Translations under genes and position numbers: made by a program
DNA from: a virus
Taxonomy: Duplodnaviria > Heunggongvirae > Uroviricota > Caudoviricetes
Strand: one strand, 5' to 3'
Length of the DNA stretch: 32,650 nt
IMG/VR virus record: IMGVR_UViG_2740892015_000008
Notes under the pieces: generated by a model
Databases searched by the model: none
Told to the model about the DNA's origin: nothing
Seen by the model: the letters and a program-made list of their open reading frames with translations, nothing else
Shown: in pieces, positions 1-13,198 of the stretch
Numbering within the stretch: position 1 is the stretch's first letter
How the letters are laid out: every line of letters begins with the position of its first letter

Positions 1-2037
1 ACTGCCGGTCAGCATCGCCGCCATATTCTGTGCAATACCATCAAAGGTCTGCGTGGCTGCACTTTTAACCTGCGACATACTGTCCGTGGCGCTCTCTTCC
101 CACTCACTCCAGCCTGACTTCAGGCCTGCCATCCAGCTCCCGCGAAGCTGGTCTTCAGCCGCCCAGGTCTTTTTCTGCTCTGACATGACGTTATTCAGCG
201 CCAGCGGATTATCGCCATACTGTTCCTTCAGGCGCTGTTCCGTGGCTTCCCGTTCTGCCTGCCGGTCAGTCAGCCCCCGGCTTTTCGCATCAATGGCGGC
301 CCGTTTTGCCCGTTGCTGCTGTGCGAATTTATCCGCCTGCTGCGCCAGCGCGTTCAGGTGCTCCTGATACGTAACCTTGTCGCCAAGTGCAGCCAGCTGG
401 CGTTTGTACTCCAGCGTCTCATCTTTATGCGCCAGCAGGGATTTCTCCTGTGCAGACAGCTGGCGACGTTGTGCCGCCTCCTCCAGTACTGCGAACTGAT
501 TTTCCGCTTTCCACAAATCCCGGCGCTGCTGGCTGATTTTCTCATTCGCTCCGGCATGCTTCTCCAGCGTCCGGAGTTCTGCCTGAAGCGTCAGCAGGGC
601 GGCATGAGCTCTGTCTTCCTGACGATCGCCCGCAGACACCTTCACGCCGGACTGTTTCGGCTTTTTCAGCGTCGCTTCATAATCCTTTTTCGCCGCCGCC
701 ATCAGCGTGTTGTAATCTGCCTGCAGGATTTTTCCGTCTTTCAGTGCCTTGTTCAGTTCTTCCTGACGGGCGGTATATTTCTCCAGCGGCGTCTGCAGGC
801 GTTCGTAAGCCTTCTGCGCCTCTTCGGTATATTTCAGCCGTGATGCCTCAGACTCGGCCCAGTCCTTTGCTGCCATCTCTCTGGCCTTTTCAAGATCGGC
901 CTGCAACGTGGCGGCTGAAAGCCCAAGTTGCGCATTCGCTCTGTCCTCCCATGCTCCCCGGAGATTGGCAAGAAATGCTGAGGTTTTACCGCGCCGGTGG
1001 CTCCGGCTCTGATACCACTGCCATTTTTTGTCCGCCTCATCAAAAGCCTTTTCTGCTTTCTCCAGCATTTCCTGGGCAGTGTCCGGGCGACCAATATCCA
1101 GCACCGAATCCCACATGGATTTGAATGCCCGTGCTGTCCTGTCTGCCCAGGTCTCCAGCGTGCCCATGTTCTCTTTCAGGCGGCGGGTCTGGTCATCAAA
1201 CCCTTTCGTTGCGGCCTCGTTCGCCGCCTGCAATGCCCCGGCTTCATCGCCGGAACGCTGCAACTGAGCGACATACGCAATCTGCTCCGCCGTCACGTTA
1301 TGGAACTGGCGCGCCATCGCCGTCAGCCCCGACGTCGGGTCTGTGGTCAGCTTCCCGAAGGCTTCAGCAACCTTGTCCACCTCCACGCCGGATGCAGAGG
1401 AGAAACGCGCCACACTCTGGCTGATGGATGCAATCTGAGTCTCACCGCTTACTCCCGCCTTAACCAGTGCGCTGAGTGACTCGCTGGTCTGGTTAAACGT
1501 CAGCCCTGCCGCCTGCCCGGCTCTGGACAGGACCAGCATACGATCTGCCGTCAGACCCGACTGATTGCCGGAAAGGACCAGCGTTTTGTTGAAATCGGAC
1601 AGGGTTGAGTTGCCCTGATACCAGGCATACGCCAGCGCACCGGTCGCCACCGCCAGCGAGGTGGCCCCGACCATCGGCAGGGTGATCGCACCGGCAAGCC
1701 CCCTGAACATGGGGATCATCCCGCCGAAGGAGTCCTTCACCTGACCACCCTGTTGCAGCAGGATCAGCCACGGACTTTGCCCGCCTGCAAGCTGCGTGGC
1801 CACGTCGGTGAACTGCGCAGGCAGCATACGCATGGCAGCTTTATACTGCCCGACGGAAATCCCCGCTTTCTGTGCAGCCAGCGCCTGTCGGCTCAGAGAC
1901 TGTTCAACGACTGCCGCTGTTTTTTTCGCATCACTTTCCGTACCGGAAAAATGACGCCTGACTCTGGCCATCTGCTCGTCAAATCTGGCCGCATCCAGAC
2001 TTAAATCAACGACCAGATCGCCTACCGGTTCAGCCAT
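1..2037 (-). CDS. H: Tail tape measure protein gpH, N-terminal ~680 codons (3' end lies beyond window start)
   Basis: Minus-strand frame from ATG at 2037 (GGAGGAG SD upstream, overlaps T stop by 8 nt as in lambda) runs open to coordinate 1. N-terminus MAEPVGDLVVDLSLDAARFDEQMARVRRHF matches lambda gpH as recalled. Absent from the ORF track because it is truncated. Confidence 0.9.
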   Translation of the reverse strand, partial: MAEPVGDLVVDLSLDAARFDEQMARVRRHFSGTESDAKKTAAVVEQSLSRQALAAQKAGISVGQYKAAMRMLPAQFTDVATQLAGGQSPWLILLQQGGQVKDSFGGMIPMFRGLAGAITLPMVGATSLAVATGALAYAWYQGNSTLSDFNKTLVLSGNQSGLTADRMLVLSRAGQAAGLTFNQTSESLSALVKAGVSGETQIASISQSVARFSSASGVEVDKVAEAFGKLTTDPTSGLTAMARQFHNVTAEQIAYVAQLQRSGDEAGALQAANEAATKGFDDQTRRLKENMGTLETWADRTARAFKSMWDSVLDIGRPDTAQEMLEKAEKAFDEADKKWQWYQSRSHRRGKTSAFLANLRGAWEDRANAQLGLSAATLQADLEKAREMAAKDWAESEASRLKYTEEAQKAYERLQTPLEKYTARQEELNKALKDGKILQADYNTLMAAAKKDYEATLKKPKQSGVKVSAGDRQEDRAHAALLTLQAELRTLEKHAGANEKISQQRRDLWKAENQFAVLEEAAQRRQLSAQEKSLLAHKDETLEYKRQLAALGDKVTYQEHLNALAQQADKFAQQQRAKRAAIDAKSRGLTDRQAEREATEQRLKEQYGDNPLALNNVMSEQKKTWAAEDQLRGSWMAGLKSGWSEWEESATDSMSQVKSAATQTFDGIAQNMAAMLTGS

Positions 2038-2464
2038 ACCGGACTCCTCCTGCGATCCCTTCTGATACTGTCATCAGCATTACGTCATCCTCCGTCATTT
2101 CAGCCACATCCGGGGAAGCGCGGATAACTTCATTCCCGTCCGGACCAAAGCGGACGCCTCCGGCAAGCCCTGCCGCTTTCTGCATCAGCACATCATCTTC
2201 AGGCTCTTCGTCAGCCTCGCGCCGGTTCAGCAGACTGAAATCCAGCGGATGCATATCCGGATCGCTGAAAAACAGGCTGAGTACGGTGTACGTCAGCCCG
2301 GAAAAGTGCATATCCAGCAGAACATCATGAAAATAATGGGTACTGTAAAAGCGGTGCCAGTCGGCGTACTCCGTGGATGACATCCCGGCAAGCATGGCGC
2401 GCCAGTCGGGTCGCCCCATCTCTCGCGCCAGTTTCAGGGCAAAACTCAGCTCACCGTCGAACAC
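2030..2464 (-). CDS. T: Tail assembly chaperone T frame (expressed as G-T fusion by -1 frameshift)
   Basis: ORF in -1 frame relative to G, overlapping G 3' end at the slippery heptamer. Position between G and H as in lambda. Confidence 0.85.
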   Translation of the reverse strand: MFDGELSFALKLAREMGRPDWRAMLAGMSSTEYADWHRFYSTHYFHDVLLDMHFSGLTYTVLSLFFSDPDMHPLDFSLLNRREADEEPEDDVLMQKAAGLAGGVRFGPDGNEVIRASPDVAEMTEDDVMLMTVSEGIAGGVRYG

Positions 2465-2868
2465 TTTCCCGCAGAAACAGGCTCTGCAGGCCCGGCGTCC
2501 TCTGTCTGTTCAGGAGCATCATTCACCACAAACTCATACATACCGGACAGCCGGTACACCACGTTTTCAGCATGAGAAATTGCCTCCGCGGGCCAGGTGG
2601 TAAGCACTTCCTGCTCAATCTGTTTAACGGCTTCATTCATGGACGGCATCTGCGTCTTCTTCGGATGGTTATGCCACAGGGACATCGCCACCACAAAAGC
2701 ACCGGTTCTGATAAGGTCTGCCAAAGCAACCTGTTGGTTGCTGTCGGAGTCCGCCTGTTCTGCCTGTCGTTTCATCAGGGCGAGATGCTCAATACGCTGC
2801 AGGGCTGACAGTTCAGAAAGCGTGACGGTCACGCCGTTATGTTCAAATGATTCGGTTTTCAGGAACAT
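2446..2868 (-). CDS. G: Tail assembly chaperone gpG
   Basis: 140 aa, same length and position as lambda gpG; frameshift heptamer near its 3' end. Confidence 0.9.
   Translation of the reverse strand: MFLKTESFEHNGVTVTLSELSALQRIEHLALMKRQAEQADSDSNQQVALADLIRTGAFVVAMSLWHNHPKKTQMPSMNEAVKQIEQEVLTTWPAEAISHAENVVYRLSGMYEFVVNDAPEQTEDAGPAEPVSAGKCSTVS
2464..2470 (-). other. Programmed -1 ribosomal frameshift slippery site G GGA AAG (G to G-T)
   Basis: Plus-strand ctttccc at 2464-2470 is minus-strand GGGAAAG, in G's zero frame as G GGA AAG, 5 codons before the G stop. Identical to the lambda G-T slippery heptamer. Confidence 0.85.
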
Positions 2869-2883
2869 CGCTGATTCTCCGGA

Positions 2884-3624
2884 TTAACTGGCGGTGACGT
2901 TGATTTCTGCAACCGCAGCAAACTCACCATTACCGGATACGACCGGAATGTTGACCTTGCCTGCAGCAACACCTTTCACGGTGATGGTCATACCACTGAC
3001 CGACACGGTGGCTTTTGTTTTATCCGCAGACACCGCACGGAAGCTCTTGTCGGTTGCGCCTTCCGGCTGGAATGCCACGGTCAGCGTCGTGCTCTGCCCT
3101 TTAACCACCGAGGTGCTGGCAGGCGTCACGGTCATGCCGGTTGCCGCTGTTACCGTGCTGCGATCTTCTGCCATCGACGGACGTCCCACATTGGTGACCT
3201 TCACCGTACGGGTGATCACTTCCTTCGCTGTCACCGCCTTACCGATACTGCTGACCCAGCCACGGAACACATCGACCGTGCCGTTCGGGAAGCGGATTTT
3301 ATAGGCACGGGTATCACCTTCATTAAACCACGCCAGCAGCGCCTGCTGCCCCTGCTCTCCGGGCATCCACGCCAGCGTGAAGCTGGTATCTCCGGCGGAT
3401 TTCTGCCCCTGCCCGGTCGCGGCCCAGTCCGGATCTTCATCATCGAGATAACTGTCGTCATAGGACTCTGCGGTCAGTTCGCCGGGCGTCAGGTCTTTAA
3501 CTTTTGCCAGACGCGACCAGTCAACGTCTGAAAGCGGGTTCGCATAAGGGTCACCGTTCCCCTTATAAACCCACAGGGTGGTTCCGGCCCCTTTCACCGG
3601 TGCCAGAGGATTTGGTGTTGGCAT
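2884..3624 (-). CDS. V: Major tail tube protein gpV (C-terminal Ig-like domain)
   Basis: Translation matches lambda gpV (…[12 protein letters not shown]…, C-terminal Ig-like region). Start placed at internal ATG 3624 (MPTPNPL, SD GAGGA, 246 aa as in lambda) rather than the ORF-track start at 3654. Confidence 0.92.
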   Translation of the reverse strand: MPTPNPLAPVKGAGTTLWVYKGNGDPYANPLSDVDWSRLAKVKDLTPGELTAESYDDSYLDDEDPDWAATGQGQKSAGDTSFTLAWMPGEQGQQALLAWFNEGDTRAYKIRFPNGTVDVFRGWVSSIGKAVTAKEVITRTVKVTNVGRPSMAEDRSTVTAATGMTVTPASTSVVKGQSTTLTVAFQPEGATDKSFRAVSADKTKATVSVSGMTITVKGVAAGKVNIPVVSGNGEFAAVAEINVTAS

Positions 3625-3631
3625 ATCGTCC

Positions 3632-4027
3632 TCACATTTCATAGGTAATGACATACGTCAGATCGGCTGAACTCCACAGGCCCGCATCATCGTCGCGCCG
3701 GTAGTCATAGCCACTGGCCACCATACTGGTGATCAAATCTGACAGTGCCGGGATATCGCTCATCACCGGATAAATCCGGGACTCCATCCACGCATCCAGC
3801 TCTGAATCCGGCACCTGAGCAGGCAGGAAAACTTCGATATGCAGCTCCGCCTGCCAGGTATCGCTGTCCAGCTCTTCGCCCGTGTATTCAGCGCCGGTGA
3901 GATAAACGGCAACTGCCGGAAAATCCGCCTCATCAAAAACAGCGGGGCGACCATCAAAAAGCGTCGCCCCGGTGTCATGCTTCTCCAGTGCATCCAGTAC
4001 GGCTGCACGGAGTTCAGTATGTTTCAT
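3632..4027 (-). CDS. U: Tail terminator protein gpU
   Basis: 131 aa, lambda gpU length and synteny; ATGA overlap with Z stop. Confidence 0.92.
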   Translation of the reverse strand: MKHTELRAAVLDALEKHDTGATLFDGRPAVFDEADFPAVAVYLTGAEYTGEELDSDTWQAELHIEVFLPAQVPDSELDAWMESRIYPVMSDIPALSDLITSMVASGYDYRRDDDAGLWSSADLTYVITYEM

Positions 4028-4602
4028 CGCTTTATTACCATTCTCAGTTGATGCTGCAGCGCATAGCCCAGCTCTTTCGGAAGACGTTCACGCCGTATCC
4101 GCTCAATATTCTGTTTAAACGCCGTGGTCAGCGGCACTGCCATCGGGATTTTCACCACATCAATGGGGTAACGGTTTTTCCCGGCCACACGCTGCATGAC
4201 ATGCCACCGGCCATTTTTCAGTTGCTGAATAAACGCGCCGGGAATACGACGGTTTCCCACCACAAGCACGCTACCGCCACCTTTCAGGGATGAACGCTGC
4301 CCCTTTTTACGACGCCTGCGGCGGGACAGGACAACCCGCGCATTCCCCAGCTTGATTACGGGCAAATCCCCCCGGTTAACCTTGATTCTGGCCTGCGGAT
4401 TTTTGACCGTGGCCCTTTTCAGCCTGGCCCTTTCCTTTACCAGTTTCCGGCGTACCTTTGTCTCACGGGCAACCTGTGCCGCCGACTGCGATATCGCGGA
4501 TGAAGCAACGCGGTTAATGGCCATTGCTGACGCACCAGGCACCGCCGTTCTGCTGATACGGCTGAGGTTTTCAACGGCCTGCTCAAGACCTTTTATGGCC
4601 AT
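4024..4602 (-). CDS. Z: Tail completion protein gpZ
   Basis: 192 aa, lambda gpZ length and synteny. Confidence 0.9.
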   Translation of the reverse strand: MAIKGLEQAVENLSRISRTAVPGASAMAINRVASSAISQSAAQVARETKVRRKLVKERARLKRATVKNPQARIKVNRGDLPVIKLGNARVVLSRRRRRKKGQRSSLKGGGSVLVVGNRRIPGAFIQQLKNGRWHVMQRVAGKNRYPIDVVKIPMAVPLTTAFKQNIERIRRERLPKELGYALQHQLRMVIKR

Positions 4603-4613
4603 ACATCCCCCCT

Positions 4614-4967
4614 TCAGCGACGACGGTTAACGGCAGGCGGCACGCCACGCCCAAGCCAGAGATGACAGCTTCCGCCATCATCCGGCGAAATCCGGTCTAT
4701 CCAGAAGTTTTCCTCACCGATGGTCAGCGTGTCGCCGCGCCGCAGCTGCCGCACATCATCAGTCCGGACAAACAGGGACGGGCTGGAGCCTTCAACGCGC
4801 ACGCCCTGTCCGGCATAGCTGATATTTTCAGGGTCATCAAAAACACCACGTATCACAGCACCGGACTGCTCACCGGATGTCATGGTGGCTGACGTTCCCA
4901 TGTACCCGCGTATCGTTTCATCGGCGCGGGCAATGGCAGCATCGAACAGGTTATCGAAATCAGCCAC
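4614..4967 (-). CDS. FII: Head-tail connector/tail attachment protein gpFII
   Basis: 117 aa, lambda gpFII length and synteny. Confidence 0.9.
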   Translation of the reverse strand: MADFDNLFDAAIARADETIRGYMGTSATMTSGEQSGAVIRGVFDDPENISYAGQGVRVEGSSPSLFVRTDDVRQLRRGDTLTIGEENFWIDRISPDDGGSCHLWLGRGVPPAVNRRR

Positions 4968-4978
4968 AGCGCCTCCCG

Positions 4979-5368
4979 TTATTGCATTCTGGCCAGGCCA
5001 CGTTCTGTCATTTCGGCTGCCACACCGGCAGAGACACGAAACGCCGTTCCCGGCAGCACAAATGCCACAGGTTCATCCCGCGTGGCGTGAAGTGCATCGG
5101 TATGCAGCGTCACCAGTGCCACGACCGTGACCAGTTCAGCAGTATCCTGAATCACGGTATCCGGCTGCGCTGATACCACCTCATTTTCATGCCCGGTCAG
5201 CGCATTTTCCGGGCTGATAGGGGTATCCTGATCGACAGTGTCATCAAGCTCCTCTTCCAGCTCTGCCACACGGAGCGCAAGTTCTTCTTTCGTCCCCGTC
5301 AGGCTGACATCACGGTTCAGTTGTTCACCCAGCGAGCGGAGACGGGCAATCAGCTCATCTTTCGTCAT
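4979..5368 (-). CDS. FI: DNA packaging / head completion protein gpFI
   Basis: Matches lambda gpFI from MTKDELIARLRSLGEQL. Start at ATG 5368 (SD GGAGGA directly upstream) rather than ORF-track start 5407. Confidence 0.88.
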   Translation of the reverse strand: MTKDELIARLRSLGEQLNRDVSLTGTKEELALRVAELEEELDDTVDQDTPISPENALTGHENEVVSAQPDTVIQDTAELVTVVALVTLHTDALHATRDEPVAFVLPGTAFRVSAGVAAEMTERGLARMQ

Positions 5369-5409
5369 GGACTCCTCCACAGAGAAACAATGGCCCCGAA
5401 GGGCCATGA

Positions 5410-6435
5410 TTACGCCAGTTGTACGGACACGAACGCATCAGGGTCAGCCAGCAGCATCAGCGGTGCTGACTGAATCATGGTGAACTCACGCGCCGGATCG
5501 CCGGTGGTCACCCAGTTTTTCGGGTAGCGGGCAGAGGCGTTAATACCTTCGCGCTGTGCGTCCGCATCCTGAATGCATCCATAGGTGCGCAGACCGCGTG
5601 CCTGAGTGTTCCCCAGCACCATCGTGTTGTCCGGCAGAAAGTTCTTTTTGACGTCGTTTTCCACGTACTGTCCGGAATACACGACGATCGCCGTATCGCC
5701 ATACATCCCCTTATAGGACACCGCTTCGCCCAGGTCTTTTACCGCTGTCTCCAGCTCGGAATTAGAGCCGCGACGGGTATCCAGCTTCTCCTTGACGGCT
5801 TTGAAGGAACGGAACAGCGCCCAACCTTTCGGATCAAACACGATGATATTCACCACGCCGCTGGCGTTCAGCGCGTAGGCTTCGATATCGTCGGTCGGGT
5901 CATACGTGGACTTGTCACGCTTGCTCCACTCCGTGCCGCCGGACTGCGTGATGTTATTCTCCTCACTGCGGCCCATATCCACCTCAACCGGATCGAAGGC
6001 TTCACCGGTCATGGTGTATTTGCCCTTAAGCACGGCAGAAACGGCCTGCATCTCTTCGACCTGAGCAATGGCCAGCTCTTCGTCTCGCATGTTCTGCATG
6101 ATGATGCGACGGCGGCGGTAAGCCGGGTCTGCCAGATTCTGTGGATCTTCATCCGGCAGGCGACGCAGGGTCATCTGCGGATTCACCTCATGCTTCGGCT
6201 TGACATATCCCGGCGTAAATTCGGAGGTGGAGCCGCCACGGGAGCGGATAACCTCACCGGAAACAATCGGCGAAACGTACAGCGCCATGTTTACCAGTCC
6301 CGGAATTTGTGAGAGATAGACTTTCTCCGTGGTGAAGGGATAGCTCTCACGGAAAAAGAGACGCAGAAACAGCGGATCAAACTTAAATTTCTTCTCATTT
6401 GCCGCCAGCAGCTGGGCGGTTGTGTACATCGACAT
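5410..6435 (-). CDS. E: Major capsid protein gpE
   Basis: 341 aa, lambda gpE length and synteny; N-terminus MSMYTTAQLLAANE. Confidence 0.95.
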   Translation of the reverse strand: MSMYTTAQLLAANEKKFKFDPLFLRLFFRESYPFTTEKVYLSQIPGLVNMALYVSPIVSGEVIRSRGGSTSEFTPGYVKPKHEVNPQMTLRRLPDEDPQNLADPAYRRRRIIMQNMRDEELAIAQVEEMQAVSAVLKGKYTMTGEAFDPVEVDMGRSEENNITQSGGTEWSKRDKSTYDPTDDIEAYALNASGVVNIIVFDPKGWALFRSFKAVKEKLDTRRGSNSELETAVKDLGEAVSYKGMYGDTAIVVYSGQYVENDVKKNFLPDNTMVLGNTQARGLRTYGCIQDADAQREGINASARYPKNWVTTGDPAREFTMIQSAPLMLLADPDAFVSVQLA

Positions 6436-6489
6436 AAAAAAATCCCGTAAAAAAGCCGCACAGGCGGCCTTTAGTGATGAAGGGTCAGG

Positions 6490-6822
6490 TTAAACGATGC
6501 TGATTGCCGTTCCGGCAAACGCGGTCCGTTTTTTCGTCTCGTCGCTGGCAGCCTCCGGCCAGAGCACATCCTCATAACGGAACGTGCCGGACTTGTAGAA
6601 CGTCAGTGTGGTGCTGGTCTGGTCAGCAGCAACTGCAAGAATGCCAACGGCAGCACCGTCGGTGGTGCCATCCCACGCAACCAGCTTACGGGTGGAGGTG
6701 TCCAGCATCAGCGGGGTCATTGCAGGCGCTTTCGCACTCAATCCGCCGGGCGCGGTTGCGGTATGAGCCGGGTCACTGTTGCCCAGCGGCTGGTAATGGG
6801 TAAAGGTTTCTTTGCTCGTCAT
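6490..6822 (-). CDS. D: Head decoration protein gpD
   Basis: 110 aa from ATG 6822 ([20 protein letters not shown] 6 nt upstream); lambda gpD length. Confidence 0.93.
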   Translation of the reverse strand: MTSKETFTHYQPLGNSDPAHTATAPGGLSAKAPAMTPLMLDTSTRKLVAWDGTTDGAAVGILAVAADQTSTTLTFYKSGTFRYEDVLWPEAASDETKKRTAFAGTAISIV

Positions 6823-6831
6823 AAACATCCC

Positions 6832-7437
6832 TTACACTGGTGTGTTCAGCAAATCGTTAACGGCATCAGATGCCGGGTTACCTGCAGCCAGCGGTGCCGG
6901 TGCCCCCTGCATCAGACGATCCAGCGCAGTGTCACTGCGCGCCTGTGCACTCTGTGGTGCTGCGGCCAGAATGCGGCGGGCCGTTTCCACGGTCATACCG
7001 GGGGTTTCTGCCAGCACGCGTGCCTGTTCTTCGCGTCCGTGAGCCTCCTCACAGTTGAGGATCCCCATAATGCGGCTGTTTTCTGCCGCAACCGCTGCGG
7101 TGATCTGCGCGTTCACGTCCGGCTGCGCCGCGCTGGCGTTTTCGCCCTCCGTCGCTGGCACCACGTCAGTAACGTCAGCCTGCGAAGCAGTGGCTGAAAC
7201 AGCTGTTGATTGAGTCTCTTTGGTCATTCGCCCTCCTGAGAGACGGGATTTACGTGCATCCAGTGCATCACGCATGACGGTGATCGCATCGGTACTGTTA
7301 ACAAGTTCATCAGCCAGTCCGGCATCAATGGCCTCCTGACCGCTGTACACTGCAGCCTCGGTATCCAGCACAGCCTGCACGGACAGGCCGGTATATGCCG
7401 ACACCTTCTGCGCAAACATCTGGCGGGTTGCGTCCAT
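6832..7437 (-). CDS. nu3: Scaffolding protein Nu3 (nested in-frame in C 3' third)
   Basis: In-frame ATG at 7437 (MDATRQMFAQKV) gives a 201-codon product sharing the C stop, the same arrangement and length as lambda nu3. Confidence 0.7.
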   Translation of the reverse strand: MDATRQMFAQKVSAYTGLSVQAVLDTEAAVYSGQEAIDAGLADELVNSTDAITVMRDALDARKSRLSGGRMTKETQSTAVSATASQADVTDVVPATEGENASAAQPDVNAQITAAVAAENSRIMGILNCEEAHGREEQARVLAETPGMTVETARRILAAAPQSAQARSDTALDRLMQGAPAPLAAGNPASDAVNDLLNTPV

Positions 7438-8131
7438 CCGGGACTGCAGTGTCTCCCGGACGTCATCCGGAAGATGGCTGTAGGGGTTGCCATCCACCTT
7501 ATGGCTGCCGCTGTAAATCAGAGTGATTTCCACACCCTGTTTCTCCAGCGCAGCACCGTAATTACTGTGAGCCATCATGACGCCGATGGAGCCTGTCCGG
7601 GCGGTCTGCGTGACCAGACGCCGGGAGGCGGCACTGGCAAGCAGCTGACCTGCACTGCAGTTCATGTCGTTGGCCAGCGCCCATACCGGTTTTATGTCAC
7701 GCACACGGGCGATGATGTCAGCGCAGTCAAATGCCCCCGCCACCATCCCGCCGGGCGTGTCCATATCGAGCAGAATGCCGTCCACCATCGGATCGCTGGC
7801 AGCCTGTTGCAGACGGGCGATAATGCCGTTGTAACCGGTCATCCCCGAATACGGCTGCAGCGCCCGCGTCCGGCTGACCAGCGTGCCGGACACCGGCAGC
7901 ACGGCGATGCCGTTCATGACCTGATAACTGCGGGCCTGTCGTGGTCCGTCATCATCAACGGATAACGCCAGCGCCGCGGGTGCCTCTCCGGCAGTCAGGC
8001 TGTCGCCGGACACCGCATCCGTCAGGCGGCTGATCCCAAGCTGGCCTGCAAGCGCACAAAAGAAAACCCGCGCATAGGCGGGTTCAAGCATCAGCGGCTC
8101 ATTAAAGGCCATACTGGCAATATGCGGGAGA

Positions 8132-8151
<20 letters not shown>
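6832..8151 (-). CDS. C: Head maturation protease / scaffold gpC
   Basis: GTG start at 8151 preceded by GGAGGAG, giving 439 aa as in lambda gpC with the same 20-nt overlap of the B 3' end. The ORF-track version (to 8286) is an upstream extension into B. Confidence 0.88.
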
Positions 8152-11832
<3,681 letters not shown>

Positions 11833-11858
<26 letters not shown>

Positions 11859-12378
11859 TCAGCAACCCCGGTATCAGTTCATCCAGCGCGGCTGCTTTGT
11901 TCATGGCTTTGATGATATCCCGTTTCAGGAAATCAATATGCCGGTTATCCAGCTCAGGAAAACGTCGCTGCACCGACAGAGGAATACCGTCGAGAATACT
12001 GGATATTTCCCTTGCTATACGCGACAGCACGAAAGTACAGAATGCGGTTTCCACCACTTCAGCCGATTCTTTGGCATTTTTCAGTTCCTGCGCCGTCGCC
12101 TGAGCACGAGTCAGGCGATGGCGCTCAAATTCAAGTGTTCCGGGGTGAAGATCTGCCTCGCTGGCCAGCCGCAGTTCTTCAACCTCCCGGCGCAGCTTTT
12201 CGTTCTCAATTTCAGCATCCCTTTCGGCATACCATTTTATGACGGCGGCAGAATCATAAAGCACCTCATTACCCTTGCCACCACCCCGCAGAACGGGCAT
12301 TCCCTGCTCCTGCCAGTTCTGAATGGTACGGATACTCGCACCGAAAATATCAGCCAGCTGCTTTTTGTTGACTTCCAT
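11833..12378 (-). CDS. nu1: Terminase small subunit gpNu1
   Basis: 181 aa, N-terminus MEVNKKQLADIFGASIRTIQNWQEQG (winged-HTH); lambda gpNu1 length; directly downstream of cos. Confidence 0.95.
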
Positions 12379-12399
12379 TGTTCATTCCACGGACAAAAA

Positions 12400-12600
12400 C
12401 AGAGAAAGGAAACGACAGAGGCCAAAAAGCTCGTTTTCAGCACCTGTCGTTTCCTTTCTTTTCAGAGGGTGTTTTAAATAAAAACATTAAGTTACGGCGA
12501 AGAAGAACGGAAACGCCTTAAACCGGAAAATTTTCATAAATAGCGAAAACCCGCGCGCCTTCCGCCCCGTAACCTGCCGGATCGCCGGAAAGGACCCGCA
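12400..12600 (-). other. cos site region (cosB-like repeats, cosN-like 12-mer at 12557-12568, cosQ side)
   Basis: Minus-strand sequence upstream of nu1 reads almost as the lambda left end (CGCGGGTTTTCGCTATTTATGAAAATTTTCCGGTTTAAGGCG…) and, on the other side, as the lambda right end (…CGGGTCCTTTCCGG.GATCCG.CAGGTTACG). The intervening 12-mer is GGGCGGAAGGCG. Confidence 0.75.
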
Positions 12601-12648
12601 GAAATGAGCGGGTTAACATACGTTTATTTGCGGAAAAAATTACAGATA

Positions 12649-12672
12649 TAAAAAAGCCCCGCATCGCGGGGC
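12649..12672 (-). terminator. Rho-independent terminator (minus strand) after the small gene at 12695-12910
   Basis: Plus-strand GCCCCGC-atc-GCGGGGC with a preceding A-run; on the minus strand this is a GC stem-loop followed by TTTTTTAT. Confidence 0.6.
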
Positions 12673-12694
12673 TACAGATAGGCGTGGCTACTCA

Positions 12695-12910
12695 TTAGTT
12701 GACTTCAACAAATATAAAATCATCACTGCCTAAACAATGAGAGCCATAACGAACTTCATACTCCCCATTCAATTCAGAGCATTTAGACTTCGCATCGCCT
12801 TCCGTTTCATAAACACCAACAAGATGCCATGGCTTGTAACGTACTACAGCCCAACCAAGAACCCATCCTTGATTATCAGGATCTGCCTTCAGGTTATTTT
12901 CCACAAACAT
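12695..12910 (-). CDS. Hypothetical protein (71 aa), late-region moron
   Basis: ATG with AAGGAG SD 7 nt upstream; relatively AT-rich; followed by a terminator. No recognisable motif. Confidence 0.5.
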   Translation of the reverse strand: MFVENNLKADPDNQGWVLGWAVVRYKPWHLVGVYETEGDAKSKCSELNGEYEVRYGSHCLGSDDFIFVEVN

Positions 12911-12949
12911 AGTATTCTCCTTTGGGTACCCGGAGATATTCTATGCCAT

Positions 12950-13174
12950 TCAATAAACAGGCAGCAATGTAGCTGATACAATCTCCGCCATATTTGAATT
13001 CAGATCACACTCCACGGAGATTTCTTCATCCATGGCACTCACTTCATATGTTCGTGAATAACCCTCAGTGCATTTACCACTGAATGTATCTTCAACCAGA
13101 ACACGTCCACGCTGTAAAATCCGGAATGGGATTGTTCCGTTAAATGGCTTTATGGTTACCAGTAGTTTCTTCAT
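12950..13174 (-). CDS. Hypothetical protein (74 aa from MKKLLVTIKPF)
   Basis: ATG 13174 with GGAGGA just upstream (the ORF-track start at 13192 is a TTG). No recognisable motif. Confidence 0.45.
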   Translation of the reverse strand: MKKLLVTIKPFNGTIPFRILQRGRVLVEDTFSGKCTEGYSRTYEVSAMDEEISVECDLNSNMAEIVSATLLPVY

Positions 13175-13198
13175 ACATCCTCCGGATAACAAAAAAGA

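Noticed and set aside
53-1479. Several plus-strand ORFs (53-367, 313-843, 744-1124, 997-1479, 1125-1424)
   Set aside because: They lie antisense to the continuous minus-strand gpH frame, which matches lambda H; long antisense ORFs are expected in GC-rich coding DNA.
2377-3304. Plus-strand ORFs 2377-2808, 2597-2887 and 2894-3304
   Set aside because: Antisense to the G/T and V genes, which have clear lambda homology and correct lengths.
6504-7965. Plus-strand ORFs overlapping C and D (6504-6803, 6763-7197, 7474-7965)
   Set aside because: Antisense to well-supported C/Nu3/D genes; no SD sequences or recognisable products.
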